NCBI RefSeq assembly: GCF_018350175.1
Contig: NC_058373.1
Span: forward strand, 117,926,001 to 117,990,000
Direction of reading: 5' to 3'
DNA from: Felis catus
Lineage: Eukaryota
DNA length: 64,000 nt
Part shown: one piece after another, positions 37,470 through 51,975 of the stretch
Position numbering within the stretch: position 1 is the stretch's first letter
Layout: the number at the start of each line of letters is the position of its first letter
The notes under the pieces: model-generated
Databases searched by the model: none
What the model was told of the DNA's origin: nothing
Seen by the model: the letters and a program-made list of their open reading frames with translations, nothing else
Made by a program: the position numbers and the translations under genes

Positions 37470-39139
37470 GGCACACAGAAGCAATGACTTGATTAGAATC
37501 TCATGCACCAGGAAAGACAGCGAATGAGATATTTTGATACAGAAGCTTTCTCCACTCAGATCACACAGAGTAATCACAGTCTACTCTGAGGACCAGCCCA
37601 GCTCCCTTTTCTCCCTCGCTAATGCTAGACAATTGTAAGTGCGCCTCGGTTCTTCTACCTGGTAGAGCCACTGGTTATAGAGCTCTTGACATGTCTATTT
37701 TTCTACAATAGCTAACTCCTCTCTCTTATACCCTCCTCTACCTGCCAATCCAAGTCCCCCCATGTCCCACCTACATGGACACCGGATCTGAAATTCTGGC
37801 GCCAACCAGACAGGAAGAGCAGGGCTGCCTTCATAGCTGCTTCATTGCCTGGCAGCTACTGCCTCTTAAATCAAAGCAACAGGCAAGGTCCTACCACAGA
37901 GAAGGACAGCATGGAGCAAAGGGGGAAAAAAATTCCACCACCATGGGGAGGGACTGGAACCACGTTTGGACCAAGACATACATGAACCAATTTCTCTTAA
38001 GAATGATTAACCCCCTTAGGTGTATCCTGGGAAAAGAAACTTCTTTTCATCTGCAAAAGTGGCTGCCCCACGAGCCCCCCAAAAGCCCTGTCTGTAGGGT
38101 ATTTCTTTAAGTATGGTGACACTTCTGAGGCACCTGTCTCTCTCACTCACAACATTTATGTGACCTCAGGCTTCTACTCTGTCATTAGGCAGGGCTCATC
38201 CAGGCGAAGTCTGAAAGCCAAGTGCAGGAGAACGCGTTAAGTCTGGTTGTTCAGATATTTACACCACCATATAAAAATAGGTGTCCACAAGCAGGACAGA
38301 TGGACGGAAGCCACAGGACCTAAAATGTCCCACATTCTGGCAAAGAGGGGGACTGAGTCCTGCTGAATTGCATGCAGCAGGTGTTTTCTATTCTCTGACA
38401 ACTCTAGGTGGTGAACTCTGGTCTGCCTAGCTGCAAAAGGACAACTCTGTGTTTGTTCTACTCAAGAGGGCAGAGGGAGGTGGTGAGAAAATGTTCCTGA
38501 GGTCCACAGAGGGCCCCGAGCAATTTAAATACACCTAAGCCTACGGGGGCAGGCACCCTGATGACAACTTCTCCAATGCAGCTTTGGATTCTGAGACAGA
38601 GGCACAGCCCAGGGTCTAAGACCTCAAAGAAAACAGTGATAGAGGAACCGAGCAAGGAAATGAGTGAGGCAGACTTCTGGGAGAGGAGACGAAATGGATA
38701 CAGTTGGTTCTGGTAAAAGAAGTAAAGTACAAATCCAATGAAATGGGATTATTAAGGTCTAGGCAAGAAATGAAATTTATTTTGGTACCTGGATTCCCAA
38801 AGTCACCATATGTTCTCGTCCTCTGTTCTCACCAATCAACTTATTTTATCCCTGTTCAACAGGCAAAAATTTGTATCATCGCCATATTGTAATAGTTGGA
38901 ACTCAGTGACAATTCTGAAAAACAGGGCTATTTTCTAGACACAAGTGGGCTCAATAACGATGACTCTGAAAGCCATCATGTTTCTAGAATGGCTTTTCAC
39001 AAAGCTGATATTAAATATTTTAACCTCATCTATTCCATAGCTTGAATGTGAACCTATGCAGATTAAATGGATCTCAAATTAGTCACTTACTACTTTTGGC
39101 TTTCGCAGAGTTTTATCCACAGCTATATTAAAATACTTC

Positions 39140-39352
39140 GTTCCTCAAAAAATTAAAAATAGTAATACCATATGATCTAGTAATTCCATTACTGGTATTT
39201 ACTCAAAGAAAATGAAAACACTAATTTGAAAAAGATACACGCCACCCCTATGTTTACTGCAGCACTGTTTACAATAGCCAGGATATGGAAGCAGCCCAAG
39301 TGTCCATCAATAGATAAATGGATAAGGAAGATGTGGTACACACACACAAACA

Positions 39353-39400
<48 letters not shown>

Positions 39401-39650
39401 ATGGAATATTACTGAGCCATAAAAAAAAGAACAAGATCTTGCTATTTGCAACAACATGGATAGACCTGGAGGGTATTATGCTAAGAGAAATAAGCCAGAC
39501 AGATAAAGACAAATACTCTATGATTTCACTCATACGTGGAATCTAAAAAACAAAACAAATGAACGGACATAGACTAATACATATGGAGAATAAACTGGTG
39601 GTTGCCAAAGGAGAGGTGGTTGAGATGATGAGTAAAATGATAAGAGAGGG
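39140..39650 (+). mobile_element. LINE-1 3' fragment containing a (CA)n tract
   Basis: ORF 39226-39546 (PMFTAALFTIARIWKQPKCPSIDKWIRKMWY…) is an L1 ORF2 C-terminus. Confidence 0.9.
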
Positions 39651-39829
39651 AGAAATACTTATGTTTTAGTGTCTCTCATTGTCCATCTCCCTATCCCACG
39701 AAATGTGGAAGGCAGGTGTGGTAACTTTAAATCTCCTCAGCCTGGCCCAGGGCCTAGCAGATGGTTAATAAGTGGTAAATGAAAGAATAAATAAAAACAT
39801 AAATAACTACATAGTGATTTAAAAAAAAA

Positions 39830-40590
39830 AACCCTCTACTTCACACTCACTAGGATGACTAGAATCAAAAAGGCAAGTGACACCAAGTGTTGACGAGGAT
39901 GTAGAGAAATCAGAACCTTCACCCAGTGCCGGTGGGATTATAAAATAGTCCAACTGCTTTGGAAAATAATCTGGCAATTCTGCAAACAATTAAGCCTAAG
40001 TTACCACATGACCCAGCAATTCCACTCCCAGGTATATACCTAAGAAAAGTAAAAACATATGTCCACACAGAAATTTGTACGTGAATGTTCACAGTGGCCT
40101 TATTCCTAATAGCCAAAAGTGGAAACACTTAAATATCCATCAACAGATGAATGGGCAAATAGGCAGATGTGGTATATGCAGACCATAGAATATTATTCGG
40201 CCATAAAAAAGGATGAAGGACAGATAGGTGCCACAACGTACACGAATCCTGAAAACACCACATTAAGCAAAAAAAAAAAAAAAAGCCAGACACAAAAGGC
40301 CACCTACTATCTTATTCTATTCCTGTGAAAATCCAGAATAGGGAAATCCATAGAGACAGAAAGTAGATTAGTGGCTACTTAGGGCTGGATGTGAGGGTAG
40401 GTATAGGGAGAAAGGAGGTGACAGCTAAAGGGTCCAGGAATTCTTCTGGAGGTGATGAAAGTATTCCAGAACTGACTGTGGGGATGACTGCACATAAGCT
40501 GTCAATGTACTAAAACCTGCTCAGTCACACACCTTGAATGGGTGAATTGTATGGTATGTAAACTATATCTTAATAAAGCTGTTTTTGAAA
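39830..40590 (+). mobile_element. Old LINE-1 3' fragment
   Basis: GACCCAGCAATTCCACTCCCAGGTATATACC…CCATCAACAGATGAATGG…AGAGACAGAAAGTAGATTAGTGG motifs. Confidence 0.85.
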
Positions 40591-42066
40591 TATCTCCACT
40601 CATAATAAATGCCAAGCTAACTTGCTAATCCAGACATTTCTACGGTCATTTTCTCCTTGAGGACTGCAGGAGACATGTTGAAATCCTAGACTACAGGAGG
40701 AAATTCAATTTCCAACTTGGTGATTCTATATTCATGTTAGCCTCTTGTTTCATACCAAGTAACACAGAAATTCCTTGCCCTGAAAAACTCAAAATGTGAA
40801 AGCTGTAACTATGACCAAACAAATGAGCTCATTGACAGAGATTCTGAAAGCCTTCGGGTTTCTAGGAAGTCTTTCGATAAAGTCAAAGCTAAGTGTTTTA
40901 ATCTTGCATATTCGCCACTCTGGGGTGATTCCTAAAATGAACTCTCATAATAAAAGGGCTGAACAGAGAAACTGCTTTACCTAAGGACCAAAGCAACTCT
41001 TATCTCAACTTTGGCTTCTTTTTAATTCTGAAATATAATGGGGGTAGGAGAGGCAATATCATCCAGATTGAGGTCCATTTTCATGTTTATATTGCCGTTA
41101 GCTAGTTTTTATCATGCATTGTGAATTTTGGTTACACTTTCCCATGGTAAAACCAATGACAAGGTGGTTTGACGTGTCCTTGGCATGACAAGGACAAGGA
41201 ACGATACAAGCGGAAACTGATGACAATACCGAAGAGGATGAAGGTCTGAGTAAGAAGGGCAGTACAGAACAAAGCAAATCAGAAAATCTCAGAACTGGAT
41301 CCTGGCTTGACTATTTACAAGTACACCATCCCCCCCCCCCTTAATCCTGATCCTCAGTTTATTCATCTGCAAAACGGGGAGATTGGTACCAGCTTTTAAG
41401 GGTTGTTGTGAGGAATAGATGTGACAGCGCAAGTGACATAAAGGAAAAGCAACTGACACATAGTGAGCACTTGAGAAATACTCCTCCCTTCTCCCGAGGT
41501 AGAGGATGGAAGACTGAGTACTGGTTGGTGCTTAAGAGGTACAAAAAAGGAAAGAACAGAAGATCTGGAATGGAGGAGTTAGGTGGAGTCCGGAGTTAAG
41601 AGAATGTGCTCCGTTACATCAGCTGAAGCCAGAAAAACCTGGGCCAAAATGGGAGGCCCCTTGCCGGTACCCAAGGGGAAAGGGCACTGGATGAAATAGC
41701 AAAATGAGAGCCGAATTGGCCCGTCGGTAAATTCTTTGAATTTATACAGGAGTCCATCCCTTCAAGAATTTCTTTTTGGAATATCATGGAACTAGACGTG
41801 GGGTATGGTAGACAGCAACAGGATGTGATTAAATGTCATATTCTGGGTGTGCCGTTACTAACAAATTATTCACTGTTAACAGGGATATTTCCAAAGTCCG
41901 GATTTTAAGGAAACGAACGTCTAGTCCACGTTAGAATCTCTCCTTCATTTGACATCCCCATCAGGAGGAGAATGGCGTCGTGCAACCGTTCTTTACTGAA
42001 AAGAGTAAAACCAAAGTCTTGAAATAGTGCACAAAATCTAAGTATCCAAATTTGTTACTGGCAATT

Positions 42067-42084
42067 GGCCGCCCTCTAGCGTCA
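42067..42084 (-). promoter_or_regulatory. Candidate CTCF site
   Basis: Minus strand TGACGCTAGAGGGCGGCC resembles the CTCF core CCASYAGRKGGCRS; CpGs are retained around it. Confidence 0.45.
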
Positions 42085-44159
42085 GCCAGTGGAGAAGGCA
42101 CCTTCGAAAGCCATAAAACAGGGAAACCCTGCAGGGTTCCAGCTCTGGAAGAAACTGCCAAACACAGCAATGTTCACATGGATACCTCGAAGGCAAAGAA
42201 AAAAAAAATGAAAACGCAACAGTATGACACAATTGAGTCCTTTTTTCGTGATGTTCTGGAACATAGTAGAATTCACAAGATTTTGCTGAACGAGTGAATG
42301 GCATTAGGTCCATGGCAAAGAGTCCTGGATTAATGCCACACCAGGGCATTCACATGTAATGAATACACCACCTGTCTAACTGATGCAGCAATGGAAAACT
42401 TGACTGTTTGATTTTAGGATACTTTCTGAGTGATACAGTTGAGTAAGAAGTACAGCTGGGTCACCTGGTTGAAATTAAGGAAACTGCTCCACTGGGTCAA
42501 CCAAAATGTGCTTGTCATAAAAACAAGTCGTCCTTTCCTCTCTAAGCTCTGGTGAGTCCATCTGCAGAGTGGGGAACATGGTTTGCCTCTGAGAAAAGAT
42601 TACCCATGATCCCACATACTGTTAGAGCAGTAAAACGTACTTGATTTATTTATCACCCATGCTGAGTCAGGTGGAAAAAACATGCTCAGTTCTATAGCCA
42701 AAGCTGTTTTGGCATCAGATCTGTTATTACACTGAGAGGAGAAGAAAAAATTAACCACACAGACTTACCTCAAATTGCTTGCCAGTCCAGTTTCTTTTGT
42801 TATTGTTATGCAGTTACTTATATTCAGTATATTCGCCATAATATGCAGCAACTATTTCCCAGGCTATGCCAATGTAGCCCAAAAGGATTGCAAGTCTTAA
42901 GAGAGGTTTAAAAAAAAAAAAGGCCCTAGCATGCAACGATCCACTTTGATCAAAGTGCCTGGATTTCTGGGAAAGGCAGCAATGTTATTGAGACCTGCAT
43001 TCTCCCTACTTGGAAAGACATGCCCTGTACAATTCCAATGCAAATGTATGATATGGCACCATGCTATTTTCTTCGCTTACAAAATCTGCAACACCTTCTG
43101 TTTCTTCCTAGGCGAATGGCAGCCTATTATACTTACATATTGTATCTACAGCCTGTATTTATGTCCCCTGAATGGTCGATTACTTGAAATGGAACATCCA
43201 CGCAGAACTGCCTGAGATGCTGTTTTACAGACCAAGCCTGCCCTGCCTTTTGGAAAATCCCCAAAAGCCCTACCTAATGACCATTGATGCTTCCGATGAA
43301 TATTTGGCCTAGAAGTCACAGACAGATTTATGCCTCAGACACTCTGGTGAGAGGTGCCCAGAGCACAGGCTATGAAAACTCAAATGATCATTCCCAATGT
43401 GCCTTCCAGGACCAAGAGGATAAAGGGAGACCAGATGCCTTAAGTGCCTCAAGGGCACATGGTGTCCCGGGAAGGGGGTATAAATACCTGTTCCCCAGAT
43501 AAAATCCCTTAGGAGAGGGTGCCAAAGAGGCTGGCACTTACTCGACATTTCCAAAAGTGAGGCAGACAGGTGAGCATTGGGAGTAAAAATTCAGGCTACC
43601 ACTGGCCACCACATTTAACTGGTTACTATTTTAAGTAAGGACTACAAGGAACGAGGTCAGAGAGGGGCAGAGTCCTCCAGCATCCGCTCTGCACTCATAC
43701 AATTGTCATTAGGCACCAGGGTGCTTTTCAAATGTGGGAGCCCTGCAGGGGGGTTCTTTTTCTGGCTCACAGCTAATGCAGAGGAATGAGGCCTTCTCTT
43801 CTCCAACCTTCTTTTCAGGGCTCCTGACCTTCCCACACCAGGAGTGCTCTCCCAGTGGGTGGGTCAAAATAGCTTATCCAGAACTCAGGGAGGGCGAAGG
43901 AGATAGAAAGAGTATGGCATTCGAAGACTCTGCCGTCAGAGCTATAGAGGTCATATAGGTGGTGGGACATTTTAACAAGATGAAACGAAACACCAACCCC
44001 AAAAGCAAAACTCCTTAACTCATCCTCATCACATGATGCTTTAAAGGGTTCTTTTTTTAATTATTAGGAAAAGACATCCTTGGCGAAAACTGCTGGATAT
44101 CCCAATAAAGCTGTACTTTCTCTGTGTCCTGTCCCAAGCCGAGAATGAGCAACACCTGA

Positions 44160-44387
44160 TTTTATTTTTTTTTAATTTTTTTTTAACGTTTATTTATTTT
44201 TGAGACAGAGAGAGACACAGCATGAACGGGGGAGGAGCAGAGAGAGAGGGAGACACAGAATCGGAAGCAGGCTCCAGGCTCTGAGCCATCAGCCCAGAGC
44301 CCGACGCGGGGCTCGAACTCGCGGACCGCGAGATCGTGACCTGAGCTGAAGTCGGACGCTCAACCGACTGAGCCACCCAGGCGCCCC
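44160..44387 (-). mobile_element. Young CAN-SINE with TSD
   Basis: AGCAACACCTGATTTT on both flanks. Confidence 0.93.
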
Positions 44388-45763
44388 TAGCAACACCTGA
44401 TTTTATTGAAAAACACATTTGTTTTTAAAAATCAAAAGTATTGTTAATATCCTATTAAATCACTAAGTGTCATTAGAAGGTGACTATAAGTGACTGTTGA
44501 TTTAATTCTACCGTCAAAATAGAATACAGTGCCCTCAGGTTCACAGTGTTGGGTGAAGTATCATACACAAAGTAATTCATACAGCATGTCAGAATCTTAC
44601 ACCACATCAATGCCTTATATTATAAGCCATTCCCAAAACAAAACAAGTGCTTCCTATGTAAGCAGTCGAGCCCAACCGATGAGAAAAGATTAATGACAGT
44701 AATAGTGATGATAATAATAATAAAAGCAACACTTAGATAGCACTTCCCAAGAGCAGGCACCGTTCTAAAGCATTTTCTCCATCTTAGCCCATTTAAACGT
44801 ACTCTCAGCACCCCCATTTTACAGGCAGGAAAGATTGCCCTTACTTTCTCGGTTTGTAAAGGAACAATTGGGTAAAAGTGAACCCATACTAACTAGCAGC
44901 CTCGACTTAAAACTAGGTCAACACCCATTTCCTAGTCTCTAAACTCCAGTGCAAATAACTCTCCTCTCGAGTCCAAAATGCAAAAATGAATTTCACCCCC
45001 AAAAGCTGGGTTTATAATATCACATAATGCTATTTTCATTAGCCATCTGAAAAGTAAGGAGGAGACCTCCTTCTCAAGTGGCTAAAACCATACACCTTCA
45101 AGGCAGCGGGCAACACTAAGCCAGTGCCTCCAGCTGCTGGAGAGGTCCGCCCACCTTTTACTTAAACTGCCCTTTCCCCTCCCGTGGCCCTCCCATCCAC
45201 ACCATGTCCTCCTATAAAGAAAAACCAAACACCAAAATATCAAACGTCTACTAAAAGTTTTTAAAAGTTTACAAAAGGCAGCAAATAATTCTGCTGACAC
45301 AGTGAAACCATCAAAAAGATGTGCCGTAACATATATATGTGCGACTTTAAGCGTTTTCCCAACTGCCCCGTAATTTGTGATGAGGGTAATACTTCAGAGC
45401 AACAGACATTCACTTGGTTCATTCTTTTGCATCGCTTTTTCAAGCTGAGTCCCCTCGAGCCAGCTATAAATAAGAATGCGTGTATTACTGAGGCATATTA
45501 GTATTAGGAGTTTGGGGTTTATTTGGTTTTTGCTGTTATTTCATTTTCAAAATGAAAATGAGTTCATCTTCTTCCTGGATATAAAAATAATACATGTCCA
45601 CTTTAAAGAATCAGAACAGTACACAAAGAAACAATCGTGAAAATGAAAGTCTCCTGAAATCTCACCATCCTAACCAGTAACACTATGTACACACATAGTC
45701 ACACACACTTATGCACAGATATTTCCACAATCTTACATGAATGGGATTATATCACACCTGCTG

Positions 45764-45987
45764 TTTTTTTTTTAACTTTTTTTTTTAACGTTTATTTATT
45801 TTTGAGACAGAGAGAGACAGAGCATGAGCAGGGGAGGGTCAGAGAGAGGGAGACACAGAGTGGGAAGCAGGCTCCAGGCTCTGAGCTGTCAGCACAGAGC
45901 CCGACGCGGGGCTCGAACTCACGGACTGTGAGATCATGACCTGAGCCGAAGTCGGCCGCTTAACCGACTGAGCCACCCAGTCGCCCC
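45764..45987 (-). mobile_element. CAN-SINE with TSD
   Basis: CACACCTGCTGTTTTT on both flanks. Confidence 0.92.
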
Positions 45988-46149
45988 TACACACCTGCTG
46001 TTTTTATCATGGGCAACTCTTCTCTTCTTTTCCTCTCTCCCCCTAACATTAACTAGAGTGTGTCCATGTAGATTTCCCTTTGTTATCATACACATATACA
46101 TATACATATGCATATACATATACATATACATATTCATAGACCCCCACAT

Positions 46150-49100
46150 ATATAGGGAGGCTTTTTGTTCTGCTTTTTACCATAACGGAATCATATTACA
46201 CTCATTTTGCATCTTGCTTTTCTGACTCACCAATATCTCATGGAAATCTCTCTCAGACATCTGGTAAGGCTATAATTCATTTCATTTAATAGCCATGTAA
46301 TATTCTATGGAGTAATATATTTTAATTTTTCAGCCATTCCCTGATTAATGGCCATATACCATGTTTCCAGTTCTTGGCAGCTACAAACAGTCCTGCAATA
46401 AACATTCTTGCACACATGTCCTTACAAATTAGCACTTTTATTTTTATGGAATAGATTCCTAGGAGTAGGATTCTAGGGTCAAGGGGAATATGTATTTTTA
46501 ATTTTAATAGATAGTGCCAGATTGCCTTCCAAAAAGGCTGAAACGCTTTACAACTCCAATATGTGAGAGCACACTTCCCCCCACAACCCTGTTGGCAACA
46601 GGTATTACAGCTCTTTTTAAGTTTTTGCCAGTGTGATGCGTATAAAGCAATATTTCGTCATGAACTTGCATTTCTCCGAATCTGAACTACGGCATGCATT
46701 GTGCAATATGTGCATAGTTCGTTGGGGCTGAAATCCAGCCCTCAAATGGCTTGCAAAACCAAGCATCCTGGCTGCGTTCAGTGCAGAGGAAGGACCTTTT
46801 CTAGTTTATAGGAAGGTGCTGCCAACGGCCCTGTCCTGACCTCAAGAAACTGGAGGATCTTTTTGTGTGGCAGTTGTACGGCAGGATATTTGGACTTGCT
46901 CTTCTGTGAATTTTCTCTTTATAACCAATTGCCCATTTTTCTATGGCATTATTTAATATTTTTCTTGTCAACTTACAAGAATTGAAATCTATAAGGATAA
47001 TTTTATAGAAATTAATTCTTTGACTAACCATTTCCCTTATTTGTCCCTTAACTTTACTTACGGCACCATTTAGGATATGAAATTTTTTTTCCTCTTTTTA
47101 TTTCCTTTTAATTTTTTTTAATATTTACTTATTTTTGAGAGAGAGAGTGCGCATGGGGGAGGGCAGAGAGAACGGGTACAGAAGATCCAAAGCAGACTCT
47201 GCACTGACAGCAGTGAGCCCAATGCTGGGCTCAAACTCCCGCACTGGGAGATCGTGACCTGAGCTGAAGGTGGCCCTGATTTCTTCCATCTTCAAATCAG
47301 ATATATTTATCTTTTCCTTTATAACCTCTGGGCTTCCAGTCTTATTTAAAAAGACCTCTTCCATCCTTAGAAAACACATGTAGTCTTCTAAATTATCTTG
47401 TAACATATATAATTTTTTACAATTATCTTTTCTTCCATCGGTAATTGACTTATGCATATGAAGTAAGATAGGAATCCAAATTTACTTTCTTCCAGCAGAT
47501 AACCAATTGAACTCACATCATTTTATTTATTTATTTTTAAGATTTTTTTTTTTTCTTAAGTAAACCGTATGCCAAGCATGGGGCTTGGACAGGGTACAGG
47601 AGATGAAGAGGCACATACTCCACAGACTGAGCCATTCAGGTGCCCCAAACCCACATCATTTTAAAAAGTACTTCATCCGGGGTTCCTGGGTGGCTCAGTT
47701 GGTTAAACAGCGGACTCTTATTTTAGGCTCAGGTCATGATCTCATGGTTCATGGGCTCCAGCCCCACGTCGGGCTCTGCGCTGATAGCACGGAGCCTGCT
47801 TGGGATTCTCTCCCTCTCTCTCTGCCCCTCACCCCACTCATGCTCTCTCTCTCTCTCAAAATAAATAAATACACTTAAAATAAATAAATAAATTACAAGT
47901 ATTTCAACCTCTGGGGCACCTGGGTGCCTCAGTCTATCAAGCATCCGACTCTTAATCTCAGCTCAGGTGTTGATCTCACCTCAGGCCTTGACCTCAGGGT
48001 CATGAGTTCGAGTCTGGCATTGAGTTCCATGGTGGGTGTGGAGCCTATTTTTAAAAAAAAAAAAAAGTGTTTCATCCTCTACTGAATTCAAATACTTCCT
48101 TTATTATATATTAATCTCTCATATGGTCCAGTTCTGGAATCTCAATTTTCTTCCACTCTTCTAATGATTCCTAGACCAATATCAATGCCTACACCAGTAA
48201 GTTCTTATATCTGATATTCTTTTTTCCCATGGTATGTCAGTTATTCTTTGTATAAAGTTGAAGGTTATTTATCTCATTCAGAAAAAACCTATGAGCATCC
48301 TAAGTGGAATTGTATTAAATGTATATATTATTTTGTGGAGAATTGAAATTTTAAATATTACCTCCATATCCAAGAACATGATAGGACTTTGCATTTATTC
48401 AGATCTTCATTTGTGTTTTTATCATAATATTTTGTAGTTTTCTTTATATAAGTTCCGTGTCTTGTTAAATTTATATCTAAGTATTTCATTATTTTTATCG
48501 TTGTTACAAATGCAATACTCTTTTTCCATTTCCACTTTTTTTTAAGATTTTATTTTTTTTTTCAACGTTTATTTATTTTTGGGACAGAGAGAGACAGAGC
48601 TTGAACGGGGGAGGGGCAGAGAGAGAGGGAGACACAGAATCGGAAGCAGGCTCCAGGCTCCGAGCCATCAGCCCATGGCCTGACGCGGGGCTCGAACTCC
48701 CGGACCGCAAGATCGTGACCTGGCTGAAGTCGGACGCTTAACCGACTGCGCCACCCAGGCGCCCCAAGATTTTATTTTTAAGTAATCTCTACCCACAACA
48801 TAGGGTTCTAACTCACAAACCCTGAGATCAAGAGTCACTTGCTCTACCAACTGAGCCAGCCAAGCACCCTGATCTTTAAATTTACTTAAATTCCATTCCC
48901 GTTACCAAATTATCTTATTAATTCTTGTACCTTTTTTTTTAATAGCGGCTGTCAGTTTTTCTCGGTATGTAATCATATCATCAGGAAAACGATAGTTTTT
49001 CTGTTGTTGTCCAATTTGTCAGTCAAATTATAATAGTGATTTTAATGGAAATTATTTCCACATTTCACCATATAGGACATTATTTGCTTTTAGTTTTTGG

Positions 49101-50240
49101 TACATAGCCTTTGACATATTTGTTTCACTCTTACTATTTTCTTAGGGTTTTTATTAGGAATGAAATCAATTTTATCAAATGCATTTTTAGCATCTATTAT
49201 AGGATTACATAGTTTTTCCTATTATCTAAATCATGAATTTTATTGAAAAGTCCTGATACTGAATCACCTCAAGAAAGCCTTCCTGGTCCTGGTATATCAG
49301 GGGTGGGTACTTTCATTGTCTTGTTGTTGTTTTGTTTGTTTACGTATGTGTGTGTATCCTTGATAAACTAGGTTCTTTTTGCTAGATTCTACTTGCTGGT
49401 ATCTTATTTAGAGTCCCTGCAAATATACATTCATTAGTGAGATTGATAATTTTCTTTTGTACTGCCTTTATCAGGTTTGGGTTGTAAAATGATGCTGGTT
49501 GTAAAACAATTTGAAGGGTTTTGATTTTTTCCTGCAGCTTGGAATATATTAAATAACTTTAGAATCATCCATTCTCTAAAGGTGAGATAAAAATCAGCTT
49601 TGAGTCTACCTGGTCCTCTTTTTTAATGGTAGATTTTGAATCATCTTTCTGATTTCTTCTATGGTAAGTCATCCGTTCTGCTTTTTCATTTCTTCTTGGG
49701 TCAAATTTGATAGTAGTTTAATAAGATATCACCCATTTTCTCTGGGACTTCCAATTTGCTGCCATAGAGTTATATGTTGCCGTCTATCAAAAGTCCTTAA
49801 TCTTTTTCTGTTTGGTACTATGATCATGTTTTCCCTCTCATTTCTAAACTAGTCTATTTTTGCTTTCTTTTTTTTTCCCCTCTTCAAGCCCCTCAAACCA
49901 AATGTATGCAAGAAATGGATACATCATTATAAACCACATTCAACACTATATTTTTCTAAAGATAAATAAGTGCATATGATATGAAACTTAAAAGGTAAAA
50001 AAAAAAAAAATCCAGTAGAAAGTAATTCTTCCTGGTCTTGTCCTCTGGCCATTCAGCAGCCCTCCTAAGACACAACCACTGTAGGGTGGCTCTTTTTCTC
50101 ACTTCTTGAGATGAATGCTTATCCTACTAATTTTCCATCTTTCTTCATTTTTAATACTTAACTATAAATTTTCCTCTAAACGCTGCGTTAGCTGCATCCT
50201 GGGATTTTAATGTGTTTGTTTTTTACATTATTAATTCAAT
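46150..50240 (-). mobile_element. Ancient, degraded antisense LINE-1 (L1ME-like) interrupted by at least six SINEs (about 47105, 47520, 47679, 47912, 48552, 48768)
   Basis: T-rich L1-antisense motifs (GAATAGATTCCTAGGAGTAGGATT…GGGTCAAGGGGAATATG; TTTTATCAAATGCATTTTTAGCATCTATT) with embedded SINE heads and tails. Confidence 0.7.
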
Positions 50241-50467
50241 TTTTTTTTTTAATTTTTTTTTCAACATTTTTTATTTATTTTTGGGACAGAGAGAGACAGA
50301 GCATGAACGGGGGAGGGTCAGAGAGAGAGGGAGACACAGAATCGGAAACAGGCTCCAGGCTCTGAGCCATCAGCCCAGAGCCCGACGCGGGGCTCGAACT
50401 CACGGACCGCGAGATCGTGACCTGGCTGAAGTCGGACGCTTAACCGACTGCGCCACCCAGGCGCCCC
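50240..50467 (-). mobile_element. Young CAN-SINE with TSD
   Basis: ATTAATTCAATTTTT on both flanks; CpG-rich. Confidence 0.93.
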
Positions 50468-50683
50468 ATTAATTCAATTTTTGAATCTAATGTCCACTGT
50501 AATTTCTTCCTAACCCATATTTGAAAACGTACTTTTCATTTAAGTTATAGATACATTCTTTTTCTCAATTATTTACTCTTTCCTAACCTGTAGTAGGATA
50601 ACACTTGCCCAGTGACTTTAGACTTGAGCATGTGGCTTTCTTGGGCCAACAGATGTACATCTACTGTACATCTGAGCAGACGT

Positions 50684-51162
50684 ACGGACCGTTCCTGACT
50701 TACGATGGTTAGACTTACATTTTTTTTACTTTACAGTAGTGCAAAAGTCACACACATTCGGTAGAAACTGTACTTCAAATTTTGAATTTTTATCTTTTCC
50801 CAGGTTAGCAATATGTGTAGGATGCTCTCTCATGGTGATGGGCAACGGCAACCAGCCTCAGCTTCCAGACAACCATGGTCACGAGGGTAAACAACTGATA
50901 TGCCAACAACCTTTCTGAACCCATACGACCATTCTGTTCGCCACTTCCAGGACCACATTCAATAAATTACATGAGATATTTAACACTTCATTATGAAGTT
51001 GGCTTTGTGTTGGATGATTTTGCCCAATTGTGCGCTAACGAAGTATTCTGAGCACACGTAAGGTAGGCTAGGCTGAGCTCTGATGTTCAGTAGGTTAAAT
51101 GTGTTTTCAACTTACAATGGGTTTGTTGGGACATAACCTCACCGTAAGCCTAGGGAGATGTA
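50684..51162 (-). mobile_element. MER47/Tigger5-like TcMar DNA transposon, apparently nested in an MLT-like LTR (about 50590-51400)
   Basis: GACTTACGATGG… at the left end, …CCGTAAGCC near the right end, and internal AAGGTAGGCTAGGCTGAGCT / ATGATTTTGCCCAA motifs. Confidence 0.7.
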
Positions 51163-51746
51163 CATGCTACATTACAGCAGCGTTTGATGGTGTGGCTTGG
51201 CTAGTGACTTCAGCCACAAGAAAGTCAAGTCACACATGGAGGTTGTCCTTCCTTCCTGTTACTAGAATAAAAAGATACAGAAAAGAGACACGAAGCAAAC
51301 CTAAGGCTTGGAGCAGAGCTGTAACAGGGACAACATTCACATGAATGAGAAATAAATTGTTGTAGGGCAAGCAGAGTCTGAGGTGGTTTATTTACAGGAT
51401 ACCCCAACTAAAGGTAACGAATGCAATTACATATGCAAGGAGATTTATTTTCTAGTGATCTTTTGTTATTGATTTCTGGTGTAATTGCCTCTATTTTTCC
51501 AACCATTTGAAGTTTGTCAAGAACTGCTTTATAGCCAAATATATACCCAAGTTTTATAAATAGTAAAGAATATGAATATGAAAAGAATATGTATTCTGCA
51601 GTCATCGGATGTAGTGGTTTATTTACTAATATGCCCAGTGAATTACATTTGCTCATCATGTTGTTCAAATTTTCCACGTGCTGACCAAAGTTTGTCTGCT
51701 TATCCTATGAGTTATTGAGAGCCATATATTAAAATGGCCAATTATT

Positions 51747-51871
51747 GGGGCGCCTGGGTGGCTCAGTCAGTTGAGCGACAACTCTTGATATTGGCTCAGG
51801 TCATGGTCTTGAAGTTCATGGGATGGAGCCCCGTATTGAGCTCTGTGCTGACAGCACAGAGCCTTCTTGGG

Positions 51872-51916
<45 letters not shown>

Positions 51917-51975
51917 CCCTCCCACACACTCCCTCTCTCTGTCTCTCTTTCTCAAAATAAATAAACATTTTTTAA
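51747..51975 (+). mobile_element. CAN-SINE
   Basis: Head, (CT)n, tail; GCCAATTATT on both flanks. Confidence 0.9.

Noticed and set aside
41961..42349. Overlapping ORFs suggesting a processed pseudogene
   Set aside because: No recognisable protein similarity, poly-A tail or TSD.
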